A DNA stretch of 64,000 bases, from contig JBHLNF010000001.1 in assembly GCA_048937405.1 (NCBI GenBank), positions 256,001 to 320,000 of the forward strand, read 5' to 3'. The position numbers and the translations under genes are program-made. This stretch comes from Promethearchaeota archaeon (lineage in GTDB: Archaea > Asgardarchaeota > Lokiarchaeia > Sigyniarchaeales > SOKP01). The notes beneath the pieces are model-generated. The model did no database searches and was not told the origin of the DNA. It was given only the letters and a program-made list of their open reading frames with translations. How positions within the stretch are numbered: position 1 is the stretch's first letter; the number at the start of each line of letters is the position of its first letter. Shown here one piece after another: positions 30,052 to 40,508 of the stretch.

Positions 30052-30444
30052 TTATTCTTTGAGAGAAGCACCACATTTTGGGCAAATAGAATCTTGACTA
30101 CTTATTTCTTCCTGACAAAATGGGCAATTTGCTATATTGTTCCTTGAGTGTTTTTCTTGTTCGATAGTTTGAAGAATACGGGTGATTTCAGCTTTTGGTT
30201 CTGGAATATCTTCACGAGAGTCATAGAAAATTAATTGATTCTGACATTTTGGACAAAGGGTCTTTCTTATAATTACATAATGGTATATCAGAAAAGCTAT
30301 TATTCCAAATCCTAATGAAGATATGATCACAAGAATCCAGATATTATAATACATACTATCAAATGATTTTCTTTTTGGTTTGTCAATTTCTTTCTCACAA
30401 TTATTACAGTAGGCAAATCTCCTATTTTTACCCATGTCTCTCAT
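30052..30444 (-). CDS. LITAF/BRI3-like membrane zinc-ribbon protein with C-terminal double zinc ribbon
   Basis: CNNC - TM - CPKC ... CPFC/CPKC. Confidence 0.68.
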   Translation of the reverse strand: MRDMGKNRRFAYCNNCEKEIDKPKRKSFDSMYYNIWILVIISSLGFGIIAFLIYHYVIIRKTLCPKCQNQLIFYDSREDIPEPKAEITRILQTIEQEKHSRNNIANCPFCQEEISSQDSICPKCGASLKE

Positions 30445-30648
30445 TTAAAATAAGATAATTTATCCATTTAATTTTACTGGTAGCTTATTATAAAATACAA
30501 CTAAAAATGTTTCTTAACCATATCTAATTTTGTTAAATTTTTAATAATGTAAGGTAATTAAAGATAAAAAAAATAAGATCTTATTCATAAATATTTATTT
30601 AAGTGAAATTGGATTTTCTTCAACAAAAAATTAATTTCTAGAATTAAA

Positions 30649-31254
30649 ATGAAGCATAACTCCCTATTTATCGCACTCGAAGGTGGGGATGCAGCAGGAA
30701 CTACAACTCATAGTCACCTCCTTAAAGGTTTTCTAGAGAGTAAGGGACTTAATGTTTATTTAACTCAAGAACCATCAAATAGTAAAATTGGAACATTAAT
30801 AAGAGAATTTTTGAAAAATAAGCAAATCCCCCCTACAACAGATGCATTATTATTTGCTGCTGATAGGGATCTCCACTATAGAAATGAAATAAAGAAAAAA
30901 CTTGATGAAGGTTATATTGTTATATCTGATAGATATATAGAATCATCAATAGTATATCAGTCAGTACAATCTGATGAAATTACTGTCGAGTGGATTAAAA
31001 AAATAAATAAGTTTGTTGGATTACCAGATATTACAATAGTTTTGGATATAGATCCCGAAATTGCATTAGCAAGAAAACAAACTGAGGAATTGGAAAAATT
31101 TGAAGTAAATTCGTTCTTAAATAAAGTAAGAAATCTTTATCTTTCACGTGCTAAGGAAGAAAAATATCATGTTATTAACTCAGATGATATAATAGAGATA
31201 GTGCAAGAGAATATTCAAAAAATAGTTCTTGATAAATTAAAGAAATTAAGTTAA
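30649..31254 (+). CDS. tmk: Thymidylate kinase
   Basis: EGGDAAGTTT P-loop, TQEPS, LLFAADR and SDRY motifs. Confidence 0.92.
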   Translation: MKHNSLFIALEGGDAAGTTTHSHLLKGFLESKGLNVYLTQEPSNSKIGTLIREFLKNKQIPPTTDALLFAADRDLHYRNEIKKKLDEGYIVISDRYIESSIVYQSVQSDEITVEWIKKINKFVGLPDITIVLDIDPEIALARKQTEELEKFEVNSFLNKVRNLYLSRAKEEKYHVINSDDIIEIVQENIQKIVLDKLKKLS

Positions 31255-31345
31255 GCTATATAATCAAATAACAAAACATAAATTATTACCACAACATAAT
31301 ACATAGAGATAATTTATTTCAAATTCAAATTTTTTTTAGATTAAG

Positions 31346-32635
31346 TTGAGTTCTGAAAAATCCCCACAAGATCAATTCTTTAAAATTGATAGAATATTTA
31401 ACTATGTTCAAAAATTTAGCTTTCCTCGCCTTTCTGGAACAACTGGAGAAAAAAAAGCTGTTAGTTTAACAATAAAAACATTTAAAGAAATTGGTTATGA
31501 GGACCAAAAAATCCAAAAAGAGGAATTTGAGTTTTCCGATTTCTACTCTACTACACTTATAAAACTGATAATGGTAATTAATTTGACCTTTTCATTGTTT
31601 GTATTGATGTTTACATATATTAACTTATATTTTACGATAATTATAGTAGGAATAATGGCTATTGTAGTTTTGTTAATTATTAAAGGTTTAAAAAATCCTG
31701 AAGATCCTGGATTTTGGGGAGAATATTATGGTAAGACTATTTTCGCTACTAATGTCTTTGTAAGGGTACCTGCTAAAAAGCTATCAACTGATCAAGTAGG
31801 AGATATTATTATATCCGCCCATTTAGATTCTAAATCCCAATCTTTTAAAACGTGTTGGAGGGTGTTTTTTTATAAAGTTTGGTTATATTGTGGAATTATT
31901 CTTGGAATATTTTTTGTTCTTTTATTTATACGCACATATACAATAATTAAAATAAATCTTTTGATAATAGGAATTGCAGTATGGACTCTTACTATAATAA
32001 TTTCAATCTCAAACTTTTTTTTGTTATTTTTAAACACTCATAATAAGTCACCAGGAGCTTTAGATAATGCAACTGGAATGGCAGTGGTTTTTGAATTAAG
32101 TGATTATTTCAAAGAAAAGCCGCTTGAGAACTTTAATATTTGGTTCTGTCAATTTTCTGCCGAAGAACTAGGAACCATGGGTTCAAGAGTATTTATTAAC
32201 AATCATGAAAGTGAATTTATTAAAAATAGAGCATTTCAAATTAATTTAGATATGATATCATGTATGAATGAATCAAATAATCAAGTAGAGTATCTAAAAT
32301 CTTATGGTGTATTACCTCGGAAAAAAATCGCCCCTTTATTAAGTAAATATTTAGATAACGCGGCTAAAGAAGAAAATATAAGAATAAAAGGATTTCATTT
32401 ATCCACAGGAGCTCATACTGATTCTGTTCCGTTTCATTTAAGAGGACTAGATTCTGTTGATATTATCACAAGAGCAGGAGGTAAATATACTCATAACAGA
32501 GCTGATACACCTGATAAAGTTGATCCAAAAGTATTAAGGGAAGCCTGTGTGATAGTTAAAAAAGTAATTCTCTCATTAGATAGAGATTATAATATTTTAT
32601 GTGAAAATAAAGAGTTGAATTGCATTCTAGATTAA
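31346..32635 (+). CDS. Membrane M28 family metallopeptidase
   Basis: AHLDS, GALDNATG, AEELG, NLDM and H motifs; TM insertions. Confidence 0.88.
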   Translation: MSSEKSPQDQFFKIDRIFNYVQKFSFPRLSGTTGEKKAVSLTIKTFKEIGYEDQKIQKEEFEFSDFYSTTLIKLIMVINLTFSLFVLMFTYINLYFTIIIVGIMAIVVLLIIKGLKNPEDPGFWGEYYGKTIFATNVFVRVPAKKLSTDQVGDIIISAHLDSKSQSFKTCWRVFFYKVWLYCGIILGIFFVLLFIRTYTIIKINLLIIGIAVWTLTIIISISNFFLLFLNTHNKSPGALDNATGMAVVFELSDYFKEKPLENFNIWFCQFSAEELGTMGSRVFINNHESEFIKNRAFQINLDMISCMNESNNQVEYLKSYGVLPRKKIAPLLSKYLDNAAKEENIRIKGFHLSTGAHTDSVPFHLRGLDSVDIITRAGGKYTHNRADTPDKVDPKVLREACVIVKKVILSLDRDYNILCENKELNCILD

Positions 32636-32667
32636 TCAATTATTTAAATAAAAGCTGCAATACCTTA

Positions 32668-33204
32668 CTACATTAAGCTTTCAATTTCTTTTTGAATTTT
32701 TTCGATTCTTTTTTTTGATTTTATTAGGATCTCACTTTTACCATATTTTTGAAACCAACGATTAAACCTTTCTTGAATTGATACTTCTCTAGTTCCCGCC
32801 ATATGCTTATCAGCTAAGCATATTATTTTTTCTTCTAAAGTTAAAGGTAAATAATCTTTAATTGGTAATCCCAAATTTTTGGCATCTTCTTTGTCTAATC
32901 CACCTAAAATATGAGTCTCACAAATTCTTGCAAGGTTTTCAGAAAAACCCCTTTGTCTGATTATTTTACCTCCTATTACAGCATGTTTAAAACCATGGGT
33001 TTTTGTCCTCCCAATATCATGTAATAAGGCACCAATCTCTACTAAATTCATATCTACTTGAGCTTTTTTTATTTTACTTGCAATTTGCAATGCTTTATCG
33101 GCAACTTTTTCTGAATGACGTCTAACGGAAAGTGAAATCTTTAAATTCTTTAAAAATTCTAATACAAATTCCCTATCGGGTAATATCTCTTCTTTTTTGA
33201 CCAT
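32668..33204 (-). CDS. HD-domain phosphohydrolase
   Basis: H...LHDIGR...H...H...AD motifs. Confidence 0.88.
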   Translation of the reverse strand: MVKKEEILPDREFVLEFLKNLKISLSVRRHSEKVADKALQIASKIKKAQVDMNLVEIGALLHDIGRTKTHGFKHAVIGGKIIRQRGFSENLARICETHILGGLDKEDAKNLGLPIKDYLPLTLEEKIICLADKHMAGTREVSIQERFNRWFQKYGKSEILIKSKKRIEKIQKEIESLM

Positions 33205-33374
33205 TAGTTTTTATAATTAACCAATAATCTTTAAGTTTTAGTTATCGTATAATTCAGTAAATTACTGTTTTAACAAAAAAATTTATTCTTCTTATAATAT
33301 GAATACTAACTAGTTTTGAGAGGAAAGAATAAGAATAGAGTAAAATTATAATTATAACAGTTATTCAGCTTGCA

Positions 33375-33860
33375 TTATAATTCTTCAAATGGACCACTGA
33401 CAACACCTCCTAAGGATCCTCCTATTAATACTCCAATAAATCCACTGAATATTCCACCTAATGTTGCTGATAATTGAGGTCCTTGGAATAGAGACATTAA
33501 ATCTACTTCAGAAAAAATACTTAAGATAATCCAAAATAACAAAACTAAAACAACAACTAAAGAACTTGCTATTACACCTCGTTTTAGACCTTTTGCAATT
33601 GTACCAACAATATAACCTATGAAAATCCATGCCAATAATTCTGGAGCGAAAAACCCTAAAGGTGTTGGATTACTAGTAAAAAATGATATCATATCAAAAT
33701 TAAAATTTGCCCCAATTAATAACGATACAGTTCTTAAAGGTTCATCTCCAGCATATAAATGAATTTGATCTAAAATAACCCTCATGTTAAAGAAAAAAAC
33801 CGTAAAAAAACTAAGTATAATACCAGTAATGATTCCAATAATTAATCGATATGATGTCAT
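33375..33860 (-). CDS. Small Gly-rich membrane protein
   Basis: About four TM helices with GxxxG patterns. Confidence 0.75.
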   Translation of the reverse strand: MTSYRLIIGIITGIILSFFTVFFFNMRVILDQIHLYAGDEPLRTVSLLIGANFNFDMISFFTSNPTPLGFFAPELLAWIFIGYIVGTIAKGLKRGVIASSLVVVLVLLFWIILSIFSEVDLMSLFQGPQLSATLGGIFSGFIGVLIGGSLGGVVSGPFEEL

Positions 33861-34084
33861 GATTCAAACTAAAGCACAATTTAATTATTATATTATAAAT
33901 ATATTCTATAAGTTATATTAGTAATTATAATTTATTTTCGATATTTAAAACTTTAATACTTGTGGTTTTAGAAAAAGCTACTTAATAAAATATTAAAGTT
34001 ATTATGTATTCAATTAAATAGTAACTAATTTGATAGACGCATAATTATTTAAATCTAGTTTTTATTAGAAAAAAGGCTACTATT

Positions 34085-34894
34085 TTGGCTCGTAAGAAAA
34101 AAAAAACTGAAGAATCCGAAACTAAGAAAGATTTGAATGATGAAGAGGATTTTCCCGAGGATTTTGAAATAGATTTTGAAGAAGACTTGGATTTAGAGGA
34201 AGAACTTGATTTATTAGATACTGAAGATATTGGGGCAGGAATTGAAGTTAAAGAGGAATTAATAGATAAAGATGAAGAAAAAAAACAACTTTACTTAAGT
34301 TGTGGTATACATATCGGAACAAAATTATTAACAGGAGACGCTCGAAGATTTATTTATAGACAGACCAATTATGGCTTATATGTAATAGATTTAACACAAA
34401 CAGACGAACGTCTTCAAATTGCCGCAAAATTCCTAAGTAAATATGTTGAAGAAGGCAGTGATAGAGTACTGGTTACTTCTGTTCGACGATATGGAAAAGA
34501 ACCAGTTAGAAAATTCTGTCAAGTATTAGGTTGCCGAGCAGTAACCTCTAGATTTATTCCAGGATCCCTTACAAATCCTATTATTGAAACATATATTAAA
34601 GATGCGAGTGTTGTGGTAATTGTGGATCCTCATGCAGATAAGGTAGTTTTACGTGAAGCTAAATTAGCTCGTATACCTGTTGTTTCTCTGTTCGACACTG
34701 ATGATACTCTAGAGGGTATAGATCTCGCAATTCCTGCAAATAATCGTGGTAAAAAAGCATTAGGCTTAACATTTTGGCTTTTAGCGAGACAAATAATGTT
34801 AGAATTAGGAAAGATCTCAAGTGAAGATGAGTTCCCTTATACTTTAGAAGAATTTACCTCAAAAATAGTTCCTATGTATCGACAGGAACAATAA
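34085..34894 (+). CDS. rps2: 30S ribosomal protein S2 (uS2) with acidic N-terminal extension
   Basis: GIHIGT, RFIPGSLTNP and IPANNRG...W.LAR archaeal S2 motifs. Confidence 0.96.
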   Translation: MARKKKKTEESETKKDLNDEEDFPEDFEIDFEEDLDLEEELDLLDTEDIGAGIEVKEELIDKDEEKKQLYLSCGIHIGTKLLTGDARRFIYRQTNYGLYVIDLTQTDERLQIAAKFLSKYVEEGSDRVLVTSVRRYGKEPVRKFCQVLGCRAVTSRFIPGSLTNPIIETYIKDASVVVIVDPHADKVVLREAKLARIPVVSLFDTDDTLEGIDLAIPANNRGKKALGLTFWLLARQIMLELGKISSEDEFPYTLEEFTSKIVPMYRQEQ

Positions 34895-34926
34895 TAATAT
34901 TAGGCAATATTTTCAAATTATTATAA

Positions 34927-35604
34927 TTATTCTATGCGCAATAGTTTAGGAAGTTCATATAGATTGCTGAGAAATTCTTGTACTTGATATGAACTAAACA
35001 TTTTTCTAGTAGTAACTCCGGAAAGAACAGCAATAAATGAAATCTCTGCTCTGTTAGCGGCTTCAGCATCGATTGTGCTGTCTCCTATATAGATCACTTC
35101 TGAATGAAGTAAATGTAATTTTTTGGTAGCTAATAATAAACCAGAAGGATTCGGTTTAAGAGTTGAAACATCTTCACCTCCAACAATAACATCAAAATAA
35201 TCTAAAAGATTTTCTCTACTTAAAATAGCCCTCATTCTATATCGAAATTTCGTGGATACAATACCTAACTTAAAATCATTATTGTATAATATTTTAATTA
35301 CATTAGGTGTCTCAGAATAGAGAACAGTCAAGTCTGCCATAACCTCATCTGCTTTTTTGATAAATAAAGACTTAAATTTTTCTTTTTTATTTAAAGATTG
35401 AATTCCTACTAATTGTGTAAATGTATGTTCAAGTGTTAGCCCAATTGTCTTACTAATCTCATCATCTGGAATGGATTTAAAACCAAGCTCGTTTAATGCG
35501 TAATTAACGCACTTTACAACACCTTTGGACGAATCTGCTAATGTAAAATCAAAATCAAAAATCACTCCTCTTATTGCTTTTAATTCACTTTTATTCGATA
35601 ACAT
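34927..35604 (-). CDS. HAD-superfamily phosphatase (phosphoglycolate phosphatase-like)
   Basis: FDFDFTLAD, KPNP and IGDS motifs. Confidence 0.9.
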   Translation of the reverse strand: MLSNKSELKAIRGVIFDFDFTLADSSKGVVKCVNYALNELGFKSIPDDEISKTIGLTLEHTFTQLVGIQSLNKKEKFKSLFIKKADEVMADLTVLYSETPNVIKILYNNDFKLGIVSTKFRYRMRAILSRENLLDYFDVIVGGEDVSTLKPNPSGLLLATKKLHLLHSEVIYIGDSTIDAEAANRAEISFIAVLSGVTTRKMFSSYQVQEFLSNLYELPKLLRIE

Positions 35605-35651
35605 GATTGTTGAGTAAAATTGTTATTATATGTCTACAAAAATTAAGATTT

Positions 35652-36206
35652 TCATGAACATATATCCTTTCCTAATTGAAACACCTTTTCCATTACTTCT
35701 TTCTTTTTTGAAACTTCCCCCCTTTTAGTTACTCCAGGAACAATTAATTTTTCAATTAATACTATTTCTAAGTATTGAAAACTTTTCTCAAATAAAGAAA
35801 TCAGAGGAGTAGCAGTATCTAAATTTTCTTCTTCAAACGGTACTACTAAAATTGCTTTTTTTCCCTTGATTTTTTCTCGATTTTCAGGACAATTAAAAAA
35901 AACAAATCTATCTAAGAATAATTTCATTAAAGCTGTTGGGCCATACCAATATACAGGAGTCCCAAAAATAATAATATCACTTTCAATTATTTTTTGATAA
36001 ATATCTATCATGTCATCATTCTTATTACATTGGTTCCCTTCCCAACATACATGACATCCATCGCATTCTTTTATATTTAATTTATTTAGAAAGATCATAT
36101 CCACTTTTGCATTCAGTTCCTTTGCACCATCGAGAATTTTTGAAACCAAAACATGAGTATTTCCATTAATACGTGGACTTCCCACAATACCTAAAATCTG
36201 ATTCAT
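35652..36206 (-). CDS. Iron-sulfur flavoprotein / flavodoxin family protein
   Basis: GSPRINGNT, CDGCHVC...C and GTPVYW motifs. Confidence 0.9.
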   Translation of the reverse strand: MNQILGIVGSPRINGNTHVLVSKILDGAKELNAKVDMIFLNKLNIKECDGCHVCWEGNQCNKNDDMIDIYQKIIESDIIIFGTPVYWYGPTALMKLFLDRFVFFNCPENREKIKGKKAILVVPFEEENLDTATPLISLFEKSFQYLEIVLIEKLIVPGVTKRGEVSKKKEVMEKVFQLGKDICS

Positions 36207-36312
36207 TTTTTACTTCCTTAAATGACAATTGAATATTTTAATAATTAAAAATTATTAACTAAAGAAGTTTATTAAAACAAATGAAATAAATGGAAAAATA
36301 TTCTAATAGGTT

Positions 36313-37587
36313 GTGGTTAATTTGGAATTAAATATTTTATTAATAAATCCGAACAGAATGAAAAATCCCCCTGTAATTCCAATTGGTTTAGAACATCTAG
36401 CAACCGCCTTAGAAAACCAAGAATACAGCGTTGATATACTTGATCTATGTTTTGTATCTTCTCCAATAGAAGAACTGGTAAAAATAATCGAAAACAAAAA
36501 ATATGATCTTATTGGTTTTACTATTCGAAATATTGATTCATGTATTTTTTTTAATAATGAATTTTATATATATGAATTCAAAAAATTGATTGGATTTATA
36601 AAAAAATATGAAATTCCCGTTGTTTTAGGAGGTTCAGGATTTTCAGCATTACCTAATGAAGTTATGGAATATTTACAAGCAGATTATGGAATAATTGGCC
36701 CTGGAGAAAAAATATTTCCTATATTCTTAAAACTATGGCAAAATAAACAATTATCTACTACTATTTTTGATGGCTGGGATCATGGAATAGATGAAAATTT
36801 GATTCCTTTAAGAGGAAATAAAGTAAATTATCAACAATACTTAGAAAATAATGGAATTGTGGGATTCACTACACATAGTGGTTGTAAAAGTCTTTGTCCT
36901 TATTGTATTGAAGCGAATACAAAAGTCACTTTTAGAAAAATACCTTATATAATAGAAGAACTTGAAACGCTAGTGAATCAAGGCTATACGCATTTTCACT
37001 TATGTGATAGTGAATTCAATGAAGATCTTGATTATTCTATAGATTTTTGTGAAGAATTGGTAAATAAATCGTTACCACTCAAATGGACCTTATATATGAA
37101 ACCCTATCCCTATAATGAGGAGTTATTTCAATTATTACATGAGTCTAATGCTTATTTAATAACACTTTCCGTTGATAGCGATAAAAAAATTCAAAATCTC
37201 AATAAATATACTTATAATGATTTGGCAAAAATAATTGATTATTGTAATAAGTATAAAATTGAATTAGCAATTGATTTGTTGACAGGATATCCCTATGAAT
37301 CCAAAGAATCTACAAGAGAAATGTTAGACTTTTTTAAAAAAAACCGTCCTAAAACAGTTGGAACTAGCTTTTATTACCGTCTACAGAATAATACCGTCTT
37401 AGCTAATTTAATCAGGAATGATCCTGAATTGCAAAATTATCTAACTAAACCTTATTCAGATGAGGAAAATTTTTTGGAACCCATTTTTTTTAGCCAATAT
37501 CATTTGAAGGATATGGAGGAACTTATTGCAGGGGATGAACTTTTCAGGATCTCTGGAATTGTTCCTGGAGTGAATTATCAATTATGA
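36313..37587 (+). CDS. B12-binding radical SAM protein
   Basis: N-terminal cobalamin-binding-like domain (PIGLE, RNID, GGSGFS) and CKSLCPYC. Confidence 0.88.
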   Translation: MVNLELNILLINPNRMKNPPVIPIGLEHLATALENQEYSVDILDLCFVSSPIEELVKIIENKKYDLIGFTIRNIDSCIFFNNEFYIYEFKKLIGFIKKYEIPVVLGGSGFSALPNEVMEYLQADYGIIGPGEKIFPIFLKLWQNKQLSTTIFDGWDHGIDENLIPLRGNKVNYQQYLENNGIVGFTTHSGCKSLCPYCIEANTKVTFRKIPYIIEELETLVNQGYTHFHLCDSEFNEDLDYSIDFCEELVNKSLPLKWTLYMKPYPYNEELFQLLHESNAYLITLSVDSDKKIQNLNKYTYNDLAKIIDYCNKYKIELAIDLLTGYPYESKESTREMLDFFKKNRPKTVGTSFYYRLQNNTVLANLIRNDPELQNYLTKPYSDEENFLEPIFFSQYHLKDMEELIAGDELFRISGIVPGVNYQL

Positions 37588-37718
37588 GATTATCATTAGA
37601 TTAGATTTTTTTCAATCATAATTATCATAAACATAATAATCTGCTTTTTAATAATCTAATAATAAGCAATTTTTTAAAAAAAGAACCTCTCTTATTTCTT
37701 CAAATTAATCATATAAAA

Positions 37719-38186
37719 GTGAATGTTAAAATGTCTTTAGATAAAAAAAATCTCTTAATTTCTGTGCTAGCATTTATTATTTTTATAGTAAATTTTGTTT
37801 TTTCTATGCTTTTAACAATAGCTCTATTTGATGGAACTGCGGATGCAAGTACATTACAATTGCTCATTTCTGTATTAGATTCTATTGGTTTTACTCCAAT
37901 ACGCATAATTTGCTTCATAATATCACCAACAATAATATTGATACTAGTATTCGTACCTCAAATTGATCAAGAGTTACGTCTATCTATAATGAAGCTAATA
38001 TCCCTAATTTCATTTATCATCTCAACTTTTTTCATATTGATTCTAAGTTTCCTAACTTCTACTACGCCTTTTTCAAACGAAAATACAATAGTCCAAACAC
38101 TATTAATCAATATCACTGTAATTTCTTTGATCTCTGTGTTATTACTTCTTATGATCATTATCTTAACAACAATAAAAAGATCCTAA
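37719..38186 (+). CDS. Hypothetical membrane protein
   Basis: Four hydrophobic segments. Confidence 0.6.
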   Translation: MNVKMSLDKKNLLISVLAFIIFIVNFVFSMLLTIALFDGTADASTLQLLISVLDSIGFTPIRIICFIISPTIILILVFVPQIDQELRLSIMKLISLISFIISTFFILILSFLTSTTPFSNENTIVQTLLINITVISLISVLLLLMIIILTTIKRS

Positions 38187-38449
38187 TCATACCTTTTTAA
38201 AAATCATTTTTTTTTATTATTTTTCTATTTATTCTTAGTATATCCACAAAATCTCTCTTCTCTTCTTAAGAAATAGTATATTAGTCTTTTTAATTAAATT
38301 TTATAAATTTATGATGATTTAGATAAATCCCAAGTTTCCAAAAATGCTATAAGTTCTTATTCAGTACTAAGCAGATTCAAATAAAACTTATAAACTCAAA
38401 TCTTAAATAAGTAAAACGTTCTTTTTTACGTTAAGTTACATTACTACTA

Positions 38450-38902
38450 TTATAAAAGATCAGAGGGATACGCAATAAAACCCGTTTTTATTCCTTTTTT
38501 AAATCCTGCATCTTCATAAAATTGAAAAATTGCAGGATCTTTTGAGCCTGTTAATAACATTACTTTATAACAATTATTTTTCCACGCAATCTCTAATGCA
38601 TGATGAAGAATTGAAGTTCCAAATCCCCGGTTACGGTAATCAGTGTGGGTTACCACATTTTCTATTACTCCATAAGGTCTTGCTCCTCTTGTTAAATTTG
38701 GAATGATTGAAAGTGTACACGATGATACTATTTTGTTGTTATCCTCTACTACAAAATAATGTAAGAGGGAACTTCGGTTGATTTCTTTCCAAATCGATTT
38801 TAATATTGATTGATCCGGAAGAGGAGCATCTTGACGATGTAGGTGTGTATAGAGGTTTAGTAATTCTTCCAGTTCATTTTCTTTTATAGGACGTATTAGC
38901 AT
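38450..38902 (-). CDS. GNAT N-acetyltransferase
   Basis: IENVVT...YRNRGFG and FYEDAGF motifs. Confidence 0.92.
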   Translation of the reverse strand: MLIRPIKENELEELLNLYTHLHRQDAPLPDQSILKSIWKEINRSSLLHYFVVEDNNKIVSSCTLSIIPNLTRGARPYGVIENVVTHTDYRNRGFGTSILHHALEIAWKNNCYKVMLLTGSKDPAIFQFYEDAGFKKGIKTGFIAYPSDLL

Positions 38903-39063
38903 AATTTCTCTCCATTTTTTATATATTATTAATTTCTCTTTAAAATCCCTTTATTTTTCTTATAACAAGGAAGTCTAATCTTTTCAATTATTTATAATAA
39001 ATTTATAATCTTAATTCAATTTTCTTTATATATAGACTATTCACTAGTTTCGAGTCAGTTTTT

Positions 39064-39843
39064 ATGAAAAAAATTATCTCATTTTCTGGAAAAGGTGGTG
39101 TTGGGAAATCGACACTCCTAGTCCTAATGCTTAAATATCTTCTTGAAAAATTTAAAGATCTCAATATACTTGTCATAGATGCCGATCCCGATGCAAATAT
39201 AGGAGATATTATTGGAAAAGAAATCCATTTCAAAGAAACTATTGGGGGAAAAATGGCTGAATTTAAACAGAACATCCAAAAAAGACTAATCCCTCTCGAT
39301 GTATCAAAAGATCAAATCGTTGAATCAGAGGTATTTGATGCCCTAATTGAAATGGATCAGTTCGATATTCTAGAAATGGGACGAGGAGAAGGAGAGGGTT
39401 GCTATTGTAGTATCAATAATTATTTGAAACGCATTATTGATATATTAGCCAAAAATTATGACATGGTACTTATCGATGCTCCCGCAGGACTTGAGTTTTT
39501 TTCCCGAAAAACGGGTCAAACCGTTACCGATTTAGTTATTGTGTCCGATCCGAGTAAAATGGGCATTCATACCATGAAACGAATATTAGAAGTTACTAAA
39601 GAGGTAGAATTAAAATTCGAAAATATATGGATACTCGGAAACAGGTTTCCTGAAAATTCTCTAAGAGATATTTTAGAAAAAGAAGTTACTAATATTAAAG
39701 AAGAGGATGTAAAACTTCTAGGGTTTATCGCAAATAGTGATGAGATTAGTAAAATGAATATTATCGGAGAAAATCTTTTAGATCTTCCTAGTGAGAGTCA
39801 ATCATATCAAACGGCAAAGCAATTATTTGCAAAAATCGTTTGA
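39064..39843 (+). CDS. cooC: CooC-like nickel-insertion ATPase
   Basis: GKGGVGKS, DADPDAN, GEGCYC and DAPAGLE motifs. Confidence 0.85.
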   Translation: MKKIISFSGKGGVGKSTLLVLMLKYLLEKFKDLNILVIDADPDANIGDIIGKEIHFKETIGGKMAEFKQNIQKRLIPLDVSKDQIVESEVFDALIEMDQFDILEMGRGEGEGCYCSINNYLKRIIDILAKNYDMVLIDAPAGLEFFSRKTGQTVTDLVIVSDPSKMGIHTMKRILEVTKEVELKFENIWILGNRFPENSLRDILEKEVTNIKEEDVKLLGFIANSDEISKMNIIGENLLDLPSESQSYQTAKQLFAKIV

Positions 39844-39845
39844 AA

Positions 39846-40508
39846 TTAAAAAAAATCATTTATTTTTTTGTTACGAAAACTCTTTTCTATACCGTGTCTC
39901 ATCCCTGGTAGTTCAAAACATTTATCGGGAATCATACGCTTAAAATAACTATTATTTTCTCTTTCAGAAATAAATTGAGATTTATAAAGAGTTTCGAAGA
40001 TTTCCTCACCAGAAAATTGGATATCATTAAAATAAGGAATAATCGGTCTATAGTTACTTACTTTTTCTACAACACTTTTTAAAGGTGCATCAATCTCTTG
40101 AATTGTTCCTTTTTCATCAATCACACCAGTTTTATTAGAATATTCATTATATAAACAAATTACACATTGGGGCCATCTTTCATGAAAATAATTTAAAATT
40201 GAATCCATCACTTTATGTTTGAGTAGTACAACTCCAAATAGTACCCCACGATTATTTATTTCTGTTCGAGTAAATTGTTTAGCTCGATATGCCTCAGTAG
40301 TCACTTCTCTCATCATTCCGTTTATCTTCTTTGCGAATGGAGTGCCTGAATTGCGTAAAATGACTTCTGGTATCTTTTTAATCTGATCGATAAGATAAGG
40401 TGAGAATTTACAATGTTGAGGCAATTTATCTATTATTTCTCTATGTGAATGCCCCTTAGCACATCCAATAACTTCTAAAGGATCTCTTTTAATTTCTGAG
40501 TTTTTCAT
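39846..40508 (-). CDS. DUF4130-like DNA metabolism protein
   Basis: EAYRAKQFTR and YFHERW motifs; overlaps the radical SAM gene by 4 nt. Confidence 0.72.
   Translation of the reverse strand: MKNSEIKRDPLEVIGCAKGHSHREIIDKLPQHCKFSPYLIDQIKKIPEVILRNSGTPFAKKINGMMREVTTEAYRAKQFTRTEINNRGVLFGVVLLKHKVMDSILNYFHERWPQCVICLYNEYSNKTGVIDEKGTIQEIDAPLKSVVEKVSNYRPIIPYFNDIQFSGEEIFETLYKSQFISERENNSYFKRMIPDKCFELPGMRHGIEKSFRNKKINDFF

Noticed and set aside
30676-30710. Thymidylate kinase P-loop reads GTTT rather than GKTT
   Set aside because: All other Tmk motifs are intact; not enough to call inactivation or novelty.
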